64,000 nt of DNA from Candidatus Kaiserbacteria bacterium (lineage in GTDB: Bacteria > Patescibacteriota > Minisyncoccia > Phycocordibacterales > UBA2100), in NCBI GenBank assembly GCA_016432285.1, contig CP066682.1:118434-182433 (forward strand), written 5' to 3'. Shown piece by piece: positions 27,549 through 36,481 of this stretch. The notes beneath the pieces are model-generated. The model was not told the DNA's origin. It saw nothing but the letters and a program-made list of their open reading frames with translations, and made no database searches. How positions within the stretch are numbered: position 1 is the first letter of the stretch; every line of letters starts with the position of its first letter. Position numbers and translations under genes: made by a program.

Positions 27549-28475
27549 TTACGTACGTGCCGCCGGGAGCGAAATCACGTTGACCGGCTTCCGGATGTTC
27601 CAGTAGGCGGCGGCGAGTCCCCCGAGTGCGATCAGGATCGCCACCACGGGTGCCCACAAGCCTGTCCGGCAGGTCGGCACGAAGAACCAGATGCCAAAGA
27701 GGAGGAGGAAGGGCACGACAATAGCGGCCGCTGTCCACTCGAGCTTGTAGTCCGTTATGATTTGGAGCTGTCCTGAAGCCGCGATCCCCGCGACGAGCGC
27801 GTAGAGCACCAAAAGGACAACCCACAGGTTGGTCGCGCTTGCGCTCGATGCGCATGCCGGCCCGCCAGCTATGCCCGTGCCTCCGACAACCGGAGGAGCA
27901 CTCGTGGCCGAGCTTGTTCCCGTGCTTACGTTGGAGGGTTTTCCACCCGACTGACTCGCGCCCTGCGATCCGGAGCTTCCTGTTCCCGCTCCCGTGCTGC
28001 CGCCCGAGGTCGGCGCGGAGGGCGTTACCGCGGCTCCACCCCCCTCAATGCTGGTCGAAACCGTAACCATGCACACCGGCTGCCCCGCTTTCGCGGAAAG
28101 CATGGTAACGCTCACCGGGAGACCATTCCCTGAGGGCATCGTAGCCGTATCTACATGAATACGGAGCATCCCCGCAGCATCGACCCGACGCGTCATCTGA
28201 TTGAACGGGATATTTGCGGTGCCCACAGTTCCAGCAATGGCCACGTATGAGCTGTCCGGGACGTAAAATTCAAATGAGTGGGCCGCGTTGTCGTACACAT
28301 AGGGGGTAAAGCCGGAGACCGGGAGTGGCGCGCATGTATTGGAGCCGGGCGGGACCACCTGGGTGGTCCGCACGACCACCTCGGCTGCGTAGGTGTCGGT
28401 TGGGAAAAGTGTGCCGACCGCGAGAAGCAGCGAAATCACAAAAAGCGACTTCAAGATAATCCTCCGCTTTTGCAT
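27549..28475 (-). CDS. secreted/membrane Gly-Ser-rich protein, hypothetical
   Basis: Signal peptide (LKSLFVISLLLAVGTLF), a Gly/Ser/Thr-rich linker and C-terminal hydrophobic helices. Confidence 0.45.
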   Translation of the reverse strand: MQKRRIILKSLFVISLLLAVGTLFPTDTYAAEVVVRTTQVVPPGSNTCAPLPVSGFTPYVYDNAAHSFEFYVPDSSYVAIAGTVGTANIPFNQMTRRVDAAGMLRIHVDTATMPSGNGLPVSVTMLSAKAGQPVCMVTVSTSIEGGGAAVTPSAPTSGGSTGAGTGSSGSQGASQSGGKPSNVSTGTSSATSAPPVVGGTGIAGGPACASSASATNLWVVLLVLYALVAGIAASGQLQIITDYKLEWTAAAIVVPFLLLFGIWFFVPTCRTGLWAPVVAILIALGGLAAAYWNIRKPVNVISLPAART

Positions 28476-28765
28476 TCCGAAAAGCTAGTACGGCGCCGCT
28501 CTATCAGTCAAGCGGGAAATGTGTTCCAGTGTTGACAAATGGCCGGATCTATTTCCTAAAGGACATTCGTAAAGGATATGCAGATGCTATCCACTCCCCT
28601 CTCTCTCCGGCAGACCATCATTTGAGCCACTTTTTCGCGATATCTGTGGAAAACTCTGGGGATATGTGGATAAAGGACAACTATCGACTGTCTTTTTCAA
28701 ACCCGACCCCGTTGAGCGGCGGCTAGTTACGGGATCGACCACCCAATCGCCGCCGTCGCAATGTG

Positions 28766-28786
28766 TACAGAGGACTGTCCTCTGTA
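28766..28786. promoter_or_regulatory. perfect 21-bp palindrome tacagaggactgtcctctgta (candidate operator) in a divergent promoter region
   Basis: 10-bp arms around a central T. Lies between the divergently transcribed 27549..28475 and yraN genes. Confidence 0.4.
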
Positions 28787-28838
28787 GTGGATAAGTAACA
28801 TTTCACGTGAACCGTAAGGGCGGCCGCGAGGTTGATAT

Positions 28839-28852
28839 CCCCCCCCCCCCCC
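28839..28852. repeat. homopolymeric C14 tract
   Basis: atatcccccccccccccgcgc lies about 85 nt upstream of the yraN start. A candidate slipped-strand phase-variation tract, or an assembly artefact. Confidence 0.5.
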
Positions 28853-28938
28853 CGCGCGGTGCCCGAGGCTTTGGGACCGAGGCCCACAGTCCTCGGGCGG
28901 CTAACCTGCCGCTACTGGATGATATGCTGGAATGGAAT

Positions 28939-29316
28939 ATGGATCGGAATGAGAGCGGAAATCTGGGGGAGGAAATTGCATGCCAGTTTCTCGTGAGAAA
29001 GGGATTCAAAGTGGTTGAACGGAACTACCGGCGTCCATGGGGCGAGATCGACATTGTGGCTCAAAAAGGAGACGAGGTCAGATTCGTCGAGGTAAAGGCA
29101 GTTTCACGTGAAATATCGGGGTCCATTTCACGTGAAATGGACTACCGCCCGGAGGAAATGGTACACCGCTCAAAGTTGGAAAAGGTCGCTCGTACGGCAA
29201 CGCTGTATATGGATGAGAAACGCGACAAGCGCGAGTATCAAATCGACGTGGTTGGGGTGATCATGGATCCGCAAAAGCGCCTAGCGCGCTGCCGCCTTTT
29301 TGAGCAGGTGCTCTAA
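28939..29316 (+). CDS. yraN: YraN-family (UPF0102) endonuclease
   Basis: GEEIACQFLVRKGFKVVERNYRRPWGEIDIVAQKGDEVRFVEVK is the UPF0102 signature. An in-gene tandem duplication encodes SREISGSISREM. Confidence 0.7.
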   Translation: MDRNESGNLGEEIACQFLVRKGFKVVERNYRRPWGEIDIVAQKGDEVRFVEVKAVSREISGSISREMDYRPEEMVHRSKLEKVARTATLYMDEKRDKREYQIDVVGVIMDPQKRLARCRLFEQVL

Positions 29317-29421
29317 AGGACATAAAGGACAAACGTCAAGAAACCTCGAAATATCGTGCTAGTATGCAGCTCAACGGGCCGTGTACCGATTGGTGCGCCT
29401 GCGTGGGGAAGTTCGTTTTTT

Positions 29422-29621
29422 CGGGGAGTCGTATAGTGGTAGTACGCGTGCGTGGGGTCAAATGCTTTTTCGGGCTGTCGTATACCGGTAGTACGCCTGC
29501 TTTGGGAGCAGGTAGACTGGGTTCGATTCCCAGCAGCCCGAAAAAGCATTTGACCGGAGGCGCAAAGGCGCTTCCGTGGCCCCAAAGGGGACGTAGTCCG
29601 AGTTCGATTCTCGGCTCCCCG
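29422..29621 (+). other. split tRNA-like gene: 5' half and 3' half with complementary acceptor strands, interrupted by about 130 nt containing tRNA-Pro
   Basis: 5' part CGGGGAG-T-CGTA-TAGTGGTAG-TACG... and 3' part ...GTAGT-CCGAG-TTCGATT-CTCGG-CTCCCCG-A. The acceptor strands CGGGGAG and CTCCCCG are exact complements. The halves are joined by a perfect 15-bp inverted repeat, GGTCAAATGCTTTTT / AAAAAGCATTTGACC, that brackets tRNA-Pro. Confidence 0.45.
29471..29541 (+). tRNA. tRNA-Pro (anticodon TGG)
   Basis: Manual fold: acceptor CGGGCTG/CAGCCCG, anticodon stem CCTGC/GCAGG with loop TTTGGGA, T-arm CTGGG-TTCGATT-CCCAG, discriminator A. Confidence 0.7.
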
Positions 29622-29629
29622 AAAAAATG

Positions 29630-29776
29630 AGCTTCCGGCAGTCCGGGGGACTGCCGCGGCCCCAGAGGGGAGGTAGACGGGTTCAACCTCTTACAGAGGC
29701 GGTACACCTTTCGCGCAAAATGCGCGAAAGGTCTTGCGGATGCTCCAGGTGTTCGCATCCTCACCCAGCAGCCCGA
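29630..29776 (+). other. tRNA-like 3' fragment with interrupted T-arm (homologous to 29556..29621 and to the tRNA-Pro 3' end)
   Basis: Parallel architecture to the preceding 3' half: an 8-bp hairpin, then GCGG-CCCC-AGA-GGGG-AG-GTAGAC-GGGTTC. About 85 nt then separate this from CCCAG-CAGCCCG-A, which is identical to the tRNA-Pro T-stem and acceptor 3' strand. Confidence 0.35.
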
Positions 29777-29788
29777 TCGTACGTTTCG

Positions 29789-30946
29789 CTAGCGAGCGAT
29801 CAGCTCGTCGATCAGGAGGCGCATGAGGTGCGGTGCCGTATTTGATCGGAATTCCGCTGCCTTTGCGGCGACATCGCCCGCAAACAGGGAAGCGAGATCG
29901 GAACCGGTCTGTGTCTTGATGTCGCGGTCGATGTAGCTGAGAGTAACTGCTCGGAGATCCCTCTCCTGAGTCGTCTTGCCGTCGCTCGTCGTGGTGATGA
30001 TACCCACGAGTCGTCCCCATTCGTTGACGACCGCGCCTCCAGAGGAGCCGCTCTGTGCGCCGATAATGCCGCCGAGGGAGACGAGGTCGATCGTATTTTC
30101 GGCGAACGTCAGCAGGTTCTTGATCTCCGTGACCGACGAGACGGCATACAGATCAAAACGAGAGGTGATGCCGCCCACGAATTCGGCCGGATAGCTCGCC
30201 GCGAGCACGGAGTCGTCTTCAAAAGTAATTCCTTCGCGCGTGTCGTACGGCACGAAGGGGAACGATGCTGGCAGTAGCGCTCCGTTTCGTGCGCCGGTGA
30301 TTCTCAAGAGAGCGTAGTCGTGCTCGCCCGTGCCCGTGGGCCGCTCGAGCGTGATGTCTTTGGCGTGCTCCTCCAGCCACGCCGTCGGCATGAAGAGCAT
30401 TTCGGCCGACCAGAGCGCGCGGGCAGGGGAGCCGTAGCGAATATCGCACGTAAGGCGCACCGCGGAGCTCTGCGAGAGCAAGACATACTGCGCAACGTGC
30501 GCGTTGGTGAGGATGATGCCGCGCGGATCGATGATTACGCCGCTTCCCGAGATGGGGCGCAGGCTGTCGGCCCCTGAGGTGCAGAGGATATTGACGAGTG
30601 CGTCACGTGCCTGCTGATTGGTGAGATCGAAGGATTGCGGTGGCGTCGAATACGGGTTCTCGATGCGGCGCACTTCACCGGTAGCAGGCTCGTGCTCTGT
30701 GGCCGGCGCGCTTGATACAACTGCTGTCGGAGCGGGGGATGCGACAGCAGGGGAGTCGGGGGCGACCGGAGAGGTAGACGCCACATCTGCGGCGACCGCA
30801 CTCGCGACCTGAGAGCTACTCGTTGCTGCCGAGTCGGTGGAGACGATCACTTCAGGTGCGGCTGGGGCGGTGAACAGCAGAAGTGCCAACCCAAAAACTC
30901 CCATGATACCGATGATCGTAAAGAGAGGTTGGATTCGAGCGTACAT
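29789..30946 (-). CDS. membrane-anchored trypsin-like serine protease (S1/HtrA-like)
   Basis: N-terminal TM segment. Catalytic motifs GIILTNAHV (His) and GAQSGSSGGAVV (Ser). Confidence 0.7.
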   Translation of the reverse strand: MYARIQPLFTIIGIMGVFGLALLLFTAPAAPEVIVSTDSAATSSSQVASAVAADVASTSPVAPDSPAVASPAPTAVVSSAPATEHEPATGEVRRIENPYSTPPQSFDLTNQQARDALVNILCTSGADSLRPISGSGVIIDPRGIILTNAHVAQYVLLSQSSAVRLTCDIRYGSPARALWSAEMLFMPTAWLEEHAKDITLERPTGTGEHDYALLRITGARNGALLPASFPFVPYDTREGITFEDDSVLAASYPAEFVGGITSRFDLYAVSSVTEIKNLLTFAENTIDLVSLGGIIGAQSGSSGGAVVNEWGRLVGIITTTSDGKTTQERDLRAVTLSYIDRDIKTQTGSDLASLFAGDVAAKAAEFRSNTAPHLMRLLIDELIAR

Positions 30947-31020
30947 TCAATTGGAATATACGCGCTTTCGTTTAGACGAACAAGTTTTCCAGGATCGAAA
31001 AGCAGTGTATGCTTTCCAGC

Positions 31021-31091
31021 GCGGGATTAGTTTAGTGGTAAAACACGAGTTTTCCAAACTTGGGTCGGGAGTTCGATTCTCCCATCCCGCA
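31021..31091 (+). tRNA. tRNA-Gly (anticodon TCC)
   Basis: GCGGGATTAGTTTAGTGGTAAAACACGAGTTTTCCAAACTTGGGTCGGGAGTTCGATTCTCCCATCCCGCA. Anticodon loop TTTCCAA. Confidence 0.75.
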
Positions 31092-31241
31092 CATGTGCAC
31101 GCAGTGCCTTCGCACTGCGTGCGGAGAATCGAAAGGCGGAACGCTGTCGCCGACAGTAGGCGGCGACCGCGAGCCGGGGTCGCGGAATTTTGCGAGCGAC
31201 GGCGAGTAAAATATCCGTGACCGATTCTCCCATCCCGCACA
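31074..31241. repeat. 20-bp direct repeat of the tRNA-Gly(TCC) 3' end (cgattctcccatcccgcaca) flanking 128 bp that contain a perfect 11-bp-arm palindrome
   Basis: Copies at 31074-31093 and 31222-31241. The palindrome gcacgcagtgc-cttc-gcactgcgtgc is at 31097-31122. An att-like signature of an integration or excision footprint. Confidence 0.55.
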
Positions 31242-31245
31242 AAAA

Positions 31246-31276
31246 ACGAAAAGCCGCCCGAGGGCGGCTTTTCTGC
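31246..31276. terminator. bidirectional intrinsic terminator (hup)
   Basis: aaaaaacgaaaagccgcccgagggcggcttttct. Confidence 0.65.
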
Positions 31277-31291
31277 CAATTCACACAGAAA

Positions 31292-31567
31292 CTACTTGAT
31301 CGCGTCTTTCAGGGTCTTCGATGCGCGGAATTTCGGCACGCGCATTGCCTTGATCTGAATCGTCTGCCCGGTGCGCGGGTTGCGGCCCATGCGGCCCTTG
31401 CGCTCTTTCGCCTCGAAGATGCCGAGGCCCGCGATCGATACCTCCTGGCCGCTTTTCAGCGTCGCAGTGATCGTGTCGATAACGGATTCGACGGCGCGCT
31501 CCGCGTCGGCCTTGGTGCAGCCGATCGTCGAAGCCACCTTTTCCACGAGATCCATTTTATTTGCCAT
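31292..31567 (-). CDS. hup: DNA-binding protein HU
   Basis: MANKMDLVEKVAS...GLGIFEAKERKGRMGRNPRTGQTIQIKAMRVPKFRASKTLKDAIK is the HU/IHF fold signature. Confidence 0.85.
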   Translation of the reverse strand: MANKMDLVEKVASTIGCTKADAERAVESVIDTITATLKSGQEVSIAGLGIFEAKERKGRMGRNPRTGQTIQIKAMRVPKFRASKTLKDAIK

Positions 31568-31752
31568 ACAGTTTGAAAGTAATGGTAAGTACGCACTCGA
31601 CCTCACTATCTGACCATTTTGAGCCGCGCTACGGCGCTGTCAATCCGTGGCTCAACTGTGCGATTTATCGGCCATCTGTCAAATATGCCAAAGACTCCCC
31701 TCGGCGAGGGCTCTATTGAGCCGTTTTTTCGTGCCTTACGAGCGAGTGAGGA

Positions 31753-33282
31753 CTAGCGGGCGTACTCGATGACCCGAGTTTCTCGGATGACGCTCACCTT
31801 GATCTCACCCGGATACTGGAGCTCCTTCTCGATTTTGTCGGCGATGTCGCGAGCGAGCTTGCGTGCCTCGAGGTCGGTAACCTCCTCAGGCTTGATGATG
31901 ACGCGGACCTCGCGGCCGGCGGCGATCGCGTAGCTCTTCTCCACGCCGGGGTGCTGGTTGGCGATTGCCTCAAGCTCTTCGAGACGCTTGATGTAGTTTT
32001 CGACGGAGTCGCGCCGCGCGCCCGGACGGCCGCCGGAGATCGCGTCGGCGACCTGCACGATCATGGATTCGGGCGTTTCGTACGGATACTCCTCGTGGTG
32101 CGCCTGCATGGCTTTCACCACGGCTTCGTCGATGCCGAATTTCTGGAGGATGCGGCGACCGATCTCGACGTGCGTGCCGGGCACTTCATGGTCGACAGCC
32201 TTGCCGATGTCGTGGAAGAGCGCTCCCGCGCGCGCGGTGGCCTCGTTGGCGCCAAGCTCCGCCGCGAGCATGCCGGCGAGGTGCGCCACTTCCACCGAGT
32301 GATCGAGCACGTTCTGGCCGTAGCTCGTGCGGAAGTAGAGGCGGCCCAAAATCATGAGTAGCTTCGGATCGAGATTGGGGACTTTCGCGGCATACGCGGC
32401 CTCCGCGCCCTTTTTCTTGATGATGTTGTTGATTTCCTCCTCGGCCTTTTTCACCGACTCCTCGATCTTGGCCGGCTGGATGCGGCCGTCAAGAATGAGA
32501 TTCTCGAGCGCGATGCGCGCGATCTGGCGGCGGATCGGGTCGTACGAAGAGAGCGTGATGGTGCCGGGCGTATCGTCGATGATCACATCGACGCCGGTCG
32601 CGCGCTCGAACGAGCGGATGTTGCGGCCCTCTTTGCCGATGATTTTGCCCTTGATTTCGTCGTTGGGGATCGTGATCGTGGTGGCCAAGACGTCGGAGAC
32701 GACCGAGTTGCCGAGGCGGTGCACGGCGGTCGTGAGAATCTCACGCGCGCGCTGCTCGAGCTTTTCGTTGGAGGCGATTTCGAGCTTGCGCATCCTTCCT
32801 TCGAGGTCGGTCTCGTACTGTTTCTCAACGGATTTCACGAGCTCGCCCTTGGCTTCCTCGGCGGTGAGCTCCGCCACCTTCTCCAGTTTCTCCTGCTGCG
32901 CGCGCACGAGCTCCTCGGATTTCTCCTTCGTTTTTTGCAACTCCTCGTTTTTCTTGTTGATCGATTCCTGCTCGGAGTCGAGGTTGATCTGGCGCTTGTC
33001 GAGCATCTCCTCTTTGCGGACGAGGCGCTCCTCGGTAGTCTTCAGCTCGCGTTCGCGCTCCTTGTGCTCTCCCGCAATCTCGACTTCCTTCTCTTTCGCG
33101 CGCGCTTCGGCTCCTTCGAGGATCTGCTTCGATTTTTCCTCGGCGTCAAGGCGCATTTTGCGGATCTCCAGTTCCATGGAGCCGCGCTTTCCTAATGAAA
33201 TAATGAGACGGAGAAAATATCCGACTCCAATGCCGACGCCGCCGGCGACGGCGATCAGGGCGAGTGCTATTTTTAATGACAT
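31753..33282 (-). CDS. rny: ribonuclease Y
   Basis: N-terminal TM, coiled coil, KH domain (IIGKEGRNIRSFE) and HD domain (LFHDIGKAVDHE). Confidence 0.9.
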   Translation of the reverse strand: MSLKIALALIAVAGGVGIGVGYFLRLIISLGKRGSMELEIRKMRLDAEEKSKQILEGAEARAKEKEVEIAGEHKERERELKTTEERLVRKEEMLDKRQINLDSEQESINKKNEELQKTKEKSEELVRAQQEKLEKVAELTAEEAKGELVKSVEKQYETDLEGRMRKLEIASNEKLEQRAREILTTAVHRLGNSVVSDVLATTITIPNDEIKGKIIGKEGRNIRSFERATGVDVIIDDTPGTITLSSYDPIRRQIARIALENLILDGRIQPAKIEESVKKAEEEINNIIKKKGAEAAYAAKVPNLDPKLLMILGRLYFRTSYGQNVLDHSVEVAHLAGMLAAELGANEATARAGALFHDIGKAVDHEVPGTHVEIGRRILQKFGIDEAVVKAMQAHHEEYPYETPESMIVQVADAISGGRPGARRDSVENYIKRLEELEAIANQHPGVEKSYAIAAGREVRVIIKPEEVTDLEARKLARDIADKIEKELQYPGEIKVSVIRETRVIEYAR

Positions 33283-33491
33283 ACGCGTGGTTTCCCACGC
33301 CGAATCTTGCTAGCGGGACAAAACGTGGACGTTTGGAAGCTCGCGAGTAAGGTTGCTCTGCGCTTCAGAAGGCAGCACGGCGTTGAGAAAAGTGAATTTC
33401 ATACAATACTAATGGGGTACTGCGCGAGTATACCACTCCTCTCGAAAAAGGGAATACGAAAGTTGCACTCCCGATGATTTTGTGTCCTAAA

Positions 33492-34064
33492 CTAGCGGAG
33501 CACCTTGTCGATGATGCCGTATTTGACCGACTCCTCGGCGTCCATGAAGAAGTCGCGGTCCACGTCACGCTCTATCTTGTCGAGCTTCTGCCCAGTGTTT
33601 TTGGCGAGGATCTGGTTGAGGCGGGAGCGCAGCTTCAAGATCTGCTTCGCGGTGATCTCGATGTCGGCCGCCATGCCTTCGGCACCGCCGGAAGGCTGGT
33701 GGATCATGACCTCCGCGTTCGGGAGCGCGTAGCGCTTGCCCTTCTCGCCGGAGGAGAGGAGTATCGCGGCCATCGAAGCGGCCATGCCGACGCACACGGT
33801 CGAGACTGCGGGCTGGATGTGCCGCATAGTGTCGAGAACCGCGAGGCCGGCGGTTACGACACCGCCCGGAGAGTTGATGTAGAACGAGATGTCTTTCTTC
33901 GGGTCTTCGGACGCGAGGAAGAGAAGCTGTGCGATCACGAGGTTGGCCACCTCATCGTTGATCGGGCCCCCGAGGAAGACGATGCGCTCCTTCAAAAGGC
34001 GCGAATAAATGTCGTACGCACGCTCGCCGAGAGAGGTTTTTTCCACCACCATGGGGACGAGCAT
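33492..34064 (-). CDS. clpP: ATP-dependent Clp protease proteolytic subunit
   Basis: [35 protein letters not shown] are ClpP active-site Ser and His motifs. Start chosen at [10 protein letters not shown]. Confidence 0.9.
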   Translation of the reverse strand: MLVPMVVEKTSLGERAYDIYSRLLKERIVFLGGPINDEVANLVIAQLLFLASEDPKKDISFYINSPGGVVTAGLAVLDTMRHIQPAVSTVCVGMAASMAAILLSSGEKGKRYALPNAEVMIHQPSGGAEGMAADIEITAKQILKLRSRLNQILAKNTGQKLDKIERDVDRDFFMDAEESVKYGIIDKVLR

Positions 34065-34228
34065 CTGAGATTTAGAAGCGGTCATTGAGAGGAGTGTACC
34101 CCATGAGATAAGTGCGCTCAAGTTTTTAAAATCTCAAGACTACCTTTGGGTCAATACATTGCATCTCGCGCCGCGTCTCTATCTCACGGGGTGTATCAAG
34201 GGGAAGCGGGGAGGCGCACATTTCCTCT

Positions 34229-35335
34229 TTAGTGGGCGTGATCATGCGCCGACGCTTGCACCGGTGTCGCATCTCCTTCAAGCAGGCGGAGCGTCGCCTC
34301 GTTGCGCATAACGCCCGCAATGTGCGCGCGAAGCGCGCCGTCTTCAGCCTCGGGATAGTGCTGCTTCGCATGCGCAAACTCGGCGTCCAGTTCCTTCGCA
34401 GGCGGCTGCACATTTTCTTTGCGGGCGATTTCCGCAAGTATAAGCCGCACCTTCGCACGCTTGTCAGCCGCATCCTTCCACTCCGCTCTCACTGAGTCGA
34501 TCGTTTTTTTGGTTTGCGCGAGGTAGCCTTCGAGGCTCGTGCCCATGCGCTCCAGATCGCTTTTCATGCGTGCTTCCATGTCGTCGAGCTCGTATTCGCG
34601 CAACACGGCGGGGAAGCGGATCGAGGACTGTTCGACGAGCGAATCGAGCAGCGTCGCACGGCGCTTTTCGCGCGCCTGCACCTCTTTCTCGTGCTTGATG
34701 TTGGAGCGCAGTGTTTCCGAAAATTTCTCGCTGCTCTCGTAACCGAGCGTCTTGACGAACTCGTCATCGAGGGCCGGGAGCTCCTCCGGCTTCAGCGCAC
34801 GCGATTCCTCGTGCGCTTTTTGCGCTTCCACGCCCGCCTCGAGACGGTCGATCCGTGCCCGCTCGCGCCGGAGATGCGCGGTGGCTTCCGCATGCTCTTC
34901 GTCTGACACCGACACTTCTTCTTTTGCATCCATAATCGCCTTGGCGATCTTCGTGTAGTCCGGGAGTTGTACCTCCGGCGCGAGCGCGGCACGGGCCGTA
35001 AAGGCGACCGGCTTCCCGGCCACAGGTGCCTCGAGCGAGACGCGCGGCGATTCAACGATCATCAGATTTTCCGCAGCCAAAAGTTCAGGGAGCTCGTGCT
35101 GCACGGCGTCTTCGGCCGCGCGCTTCAGAATCGCTTGGTCGCCGTAGATCTGTACGATGCGATCCACGGGCGCCATACCTACCCGAAAGCCGTCGAGCTT
35201 CGCGGTTTTCTGGAGCTCCTTCAGCGCCGCCGCTTTGTACCGCTCCATTGCTTCGGGAGTAATCGTCGCGCGGATTTCGGCTTCCCACGTTTTATCGTCT
35301 CGGGAGACTTTCAGATCTTGCAGATTTTTTGACAT
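34229..35335 (-). CDS. tig: trigger factor, short form without an obvious PPIase domain
   Basis: N-terminal ribosome-binding domain (KTAKLDGFRVGMAPVDRIVQIYG), with clpP immediately downstream (the conserved tig-clpP order). At 368 aa it is shorter than canonical TF. Confidence 0.75.
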   Translation of the reverse strand: MSKNLQDLKVSRDDKTWEAEIRATITPEAMERYKAAALKELQKTAKLDGFRVGMAPVDRIVQIYGDQAILKRAAEDAVQHELPELLAAENLMIVESPRVSLEAPVAGKPVAFTARAALAPEVQLPDYTKIAKAIMDAKEEVSVSDEEHAEATAHLRRERARIDRLEAGVEAQKAHEESRALKPEELPALDDEFVKTLGYESSEKFSETLRSNIKHEKEVQAREKRRATLLDSLVEQSSIRFPAVLREYELDDMEARMKSDLERMGTSLEGYLAQTKKTIDSVRAEWKDAADKRAKVRLILAEIARKENVQPPAKELDAEFAHAKQHYPEAEDGALRAHIAGVMRNEATLRLLEGDATPVQASAHDHAH

Positions 35336-35479
35336 CGCGAGATTCTAGCAGTTTTCGCGGATTTTCCCATACTCGTGCGTTTGTGCCGGTCGGCACAAAA
35401 CGTGGAGTTCGCAAGAAGTGGGCAGTGTGTAAAAAATCCGCGCAAGAAAGCGCGGACCATCCGCGCTCGTCGCGTGCCG

Positions 35480-35725
35480 CTAGCCTTGCTGCGCGGGGAT
35501 GAGAGGAAGCGTGTCGGTTTCTTTTTCCTTATTCAACTGCGCTCCCCAGAAGTAGAGCGCACCGAGCGCGAGTACGAGAATGATGATCACGGCGCCGACC
35601 ACTGGCCCCATCGAGGATTCTTGTTTCCGGCCGGGCAAAATTCCTCCCTGACTCAGGTGCGGAGGTGGAAGCATGTGCGAGGTGTCGGACGATCCGGCAG
35701 AGGGCTGCGATGTCGAGGATGGAGG
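35480..35725 (-). CDS. small membrane protein, hypothetical
   Basis: Contains MGPVVGAVIIILVLALGALYFWG. Start uncertain. Confidence 0.25.
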   Translation of the reverse strand, partial: PPSSTSQPSAGSSDTSHMLPPPHLSQGGILPGRKQESSMGPVVGAVIIILVLALGALYFWGAQLNKEKETDTLPLIPAQQG

Positions 35726-35786
35726 CATACAAATAAGTGTACACCCACCCCTTCGGGCGGTGCCAAAGAATGAAGGGGATATCCAG

Positions 35787-36323
35787 CTACTTCGCGAACT
35801 TCGCGTCGTACGAAACGATTGATTTTTTGACCGCCGCAAGTGCCTCGGCCTTGCCCTCAAAGCCGTGCACGGTGATCTCCACCGGCTTCTTTTTGAGCTT
35901 CTTGTTCTGCTCGAAGAAGTGCTGCAACTCTTTCAGCGTGTGTGTATTGATGTCTTCGAGCTCCTGCACATGATCGAAGCGGATGTCTTCGGTCGGGACT
36001 GCGATCACCTTGTCGTCGGAGGCCCCGTCGTCAGTCATCTTCATGAGCCCGACCGGCCGCACCGACACGAGAATGCCCGGCGGAATCGGATTGGTCGTGA
36101 GCACGATCACGTCGAGTGCGTCGCCATCGTCCCAGAGCGTGCGCGGCACGAAGCCGTAGTCGCACGGATACGCGGCGGCAGAATAATTGACGCGATCGAG
36201 CTTGATCAAGCCGCTGTCTTTGTCGATCTCGTACTTATTGTGCGAGCCGCGCGGGATTTCAATCACCGTGTTGAATTCTTCGGGAGCGTTCTCGCCGAGC
36301 GGAATGTCGTGCCAGAGATTCAT
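35787..36323 (-). CDS. ppa: inorganic pyrophosphatase
   Basis: 178 aa family I PPase (EIPRGSHNKYEIDKDSGLIKLDRV...DGDALDVIVL). Confidence 0.9.
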   Translation of the reverse strand: MNLWHDIPLGENAPEEFNTVIEIPRGSHNKYEIDKDSGLIKLDRVNYSAAAYPCDYGFVPRTLWDDGDALDVIVLTTNPIPPGILVSVRPVGLMKMTDDGASDDKVIAVPTEDIRFDHVQELEDINTHTLKELQHFFEQNKKLKKKPVEITVHGFEGKAEALAAVKKSIVSYDAKFAK

Positions 36324-36481
36324 GTGAGATCAGCTTACCGCAAGAAAAGGCTTTCACAAGACCTCGGGGCCTGCGTAACGCCGAAAAACACATGACCGCA
36401 TTTGATCTCGATTGATTTCTGTGTCATCGTCTCCTCGACGGAAATTCCGTTGTTCTCAAGATCACACATAGGGAGAGTGAC

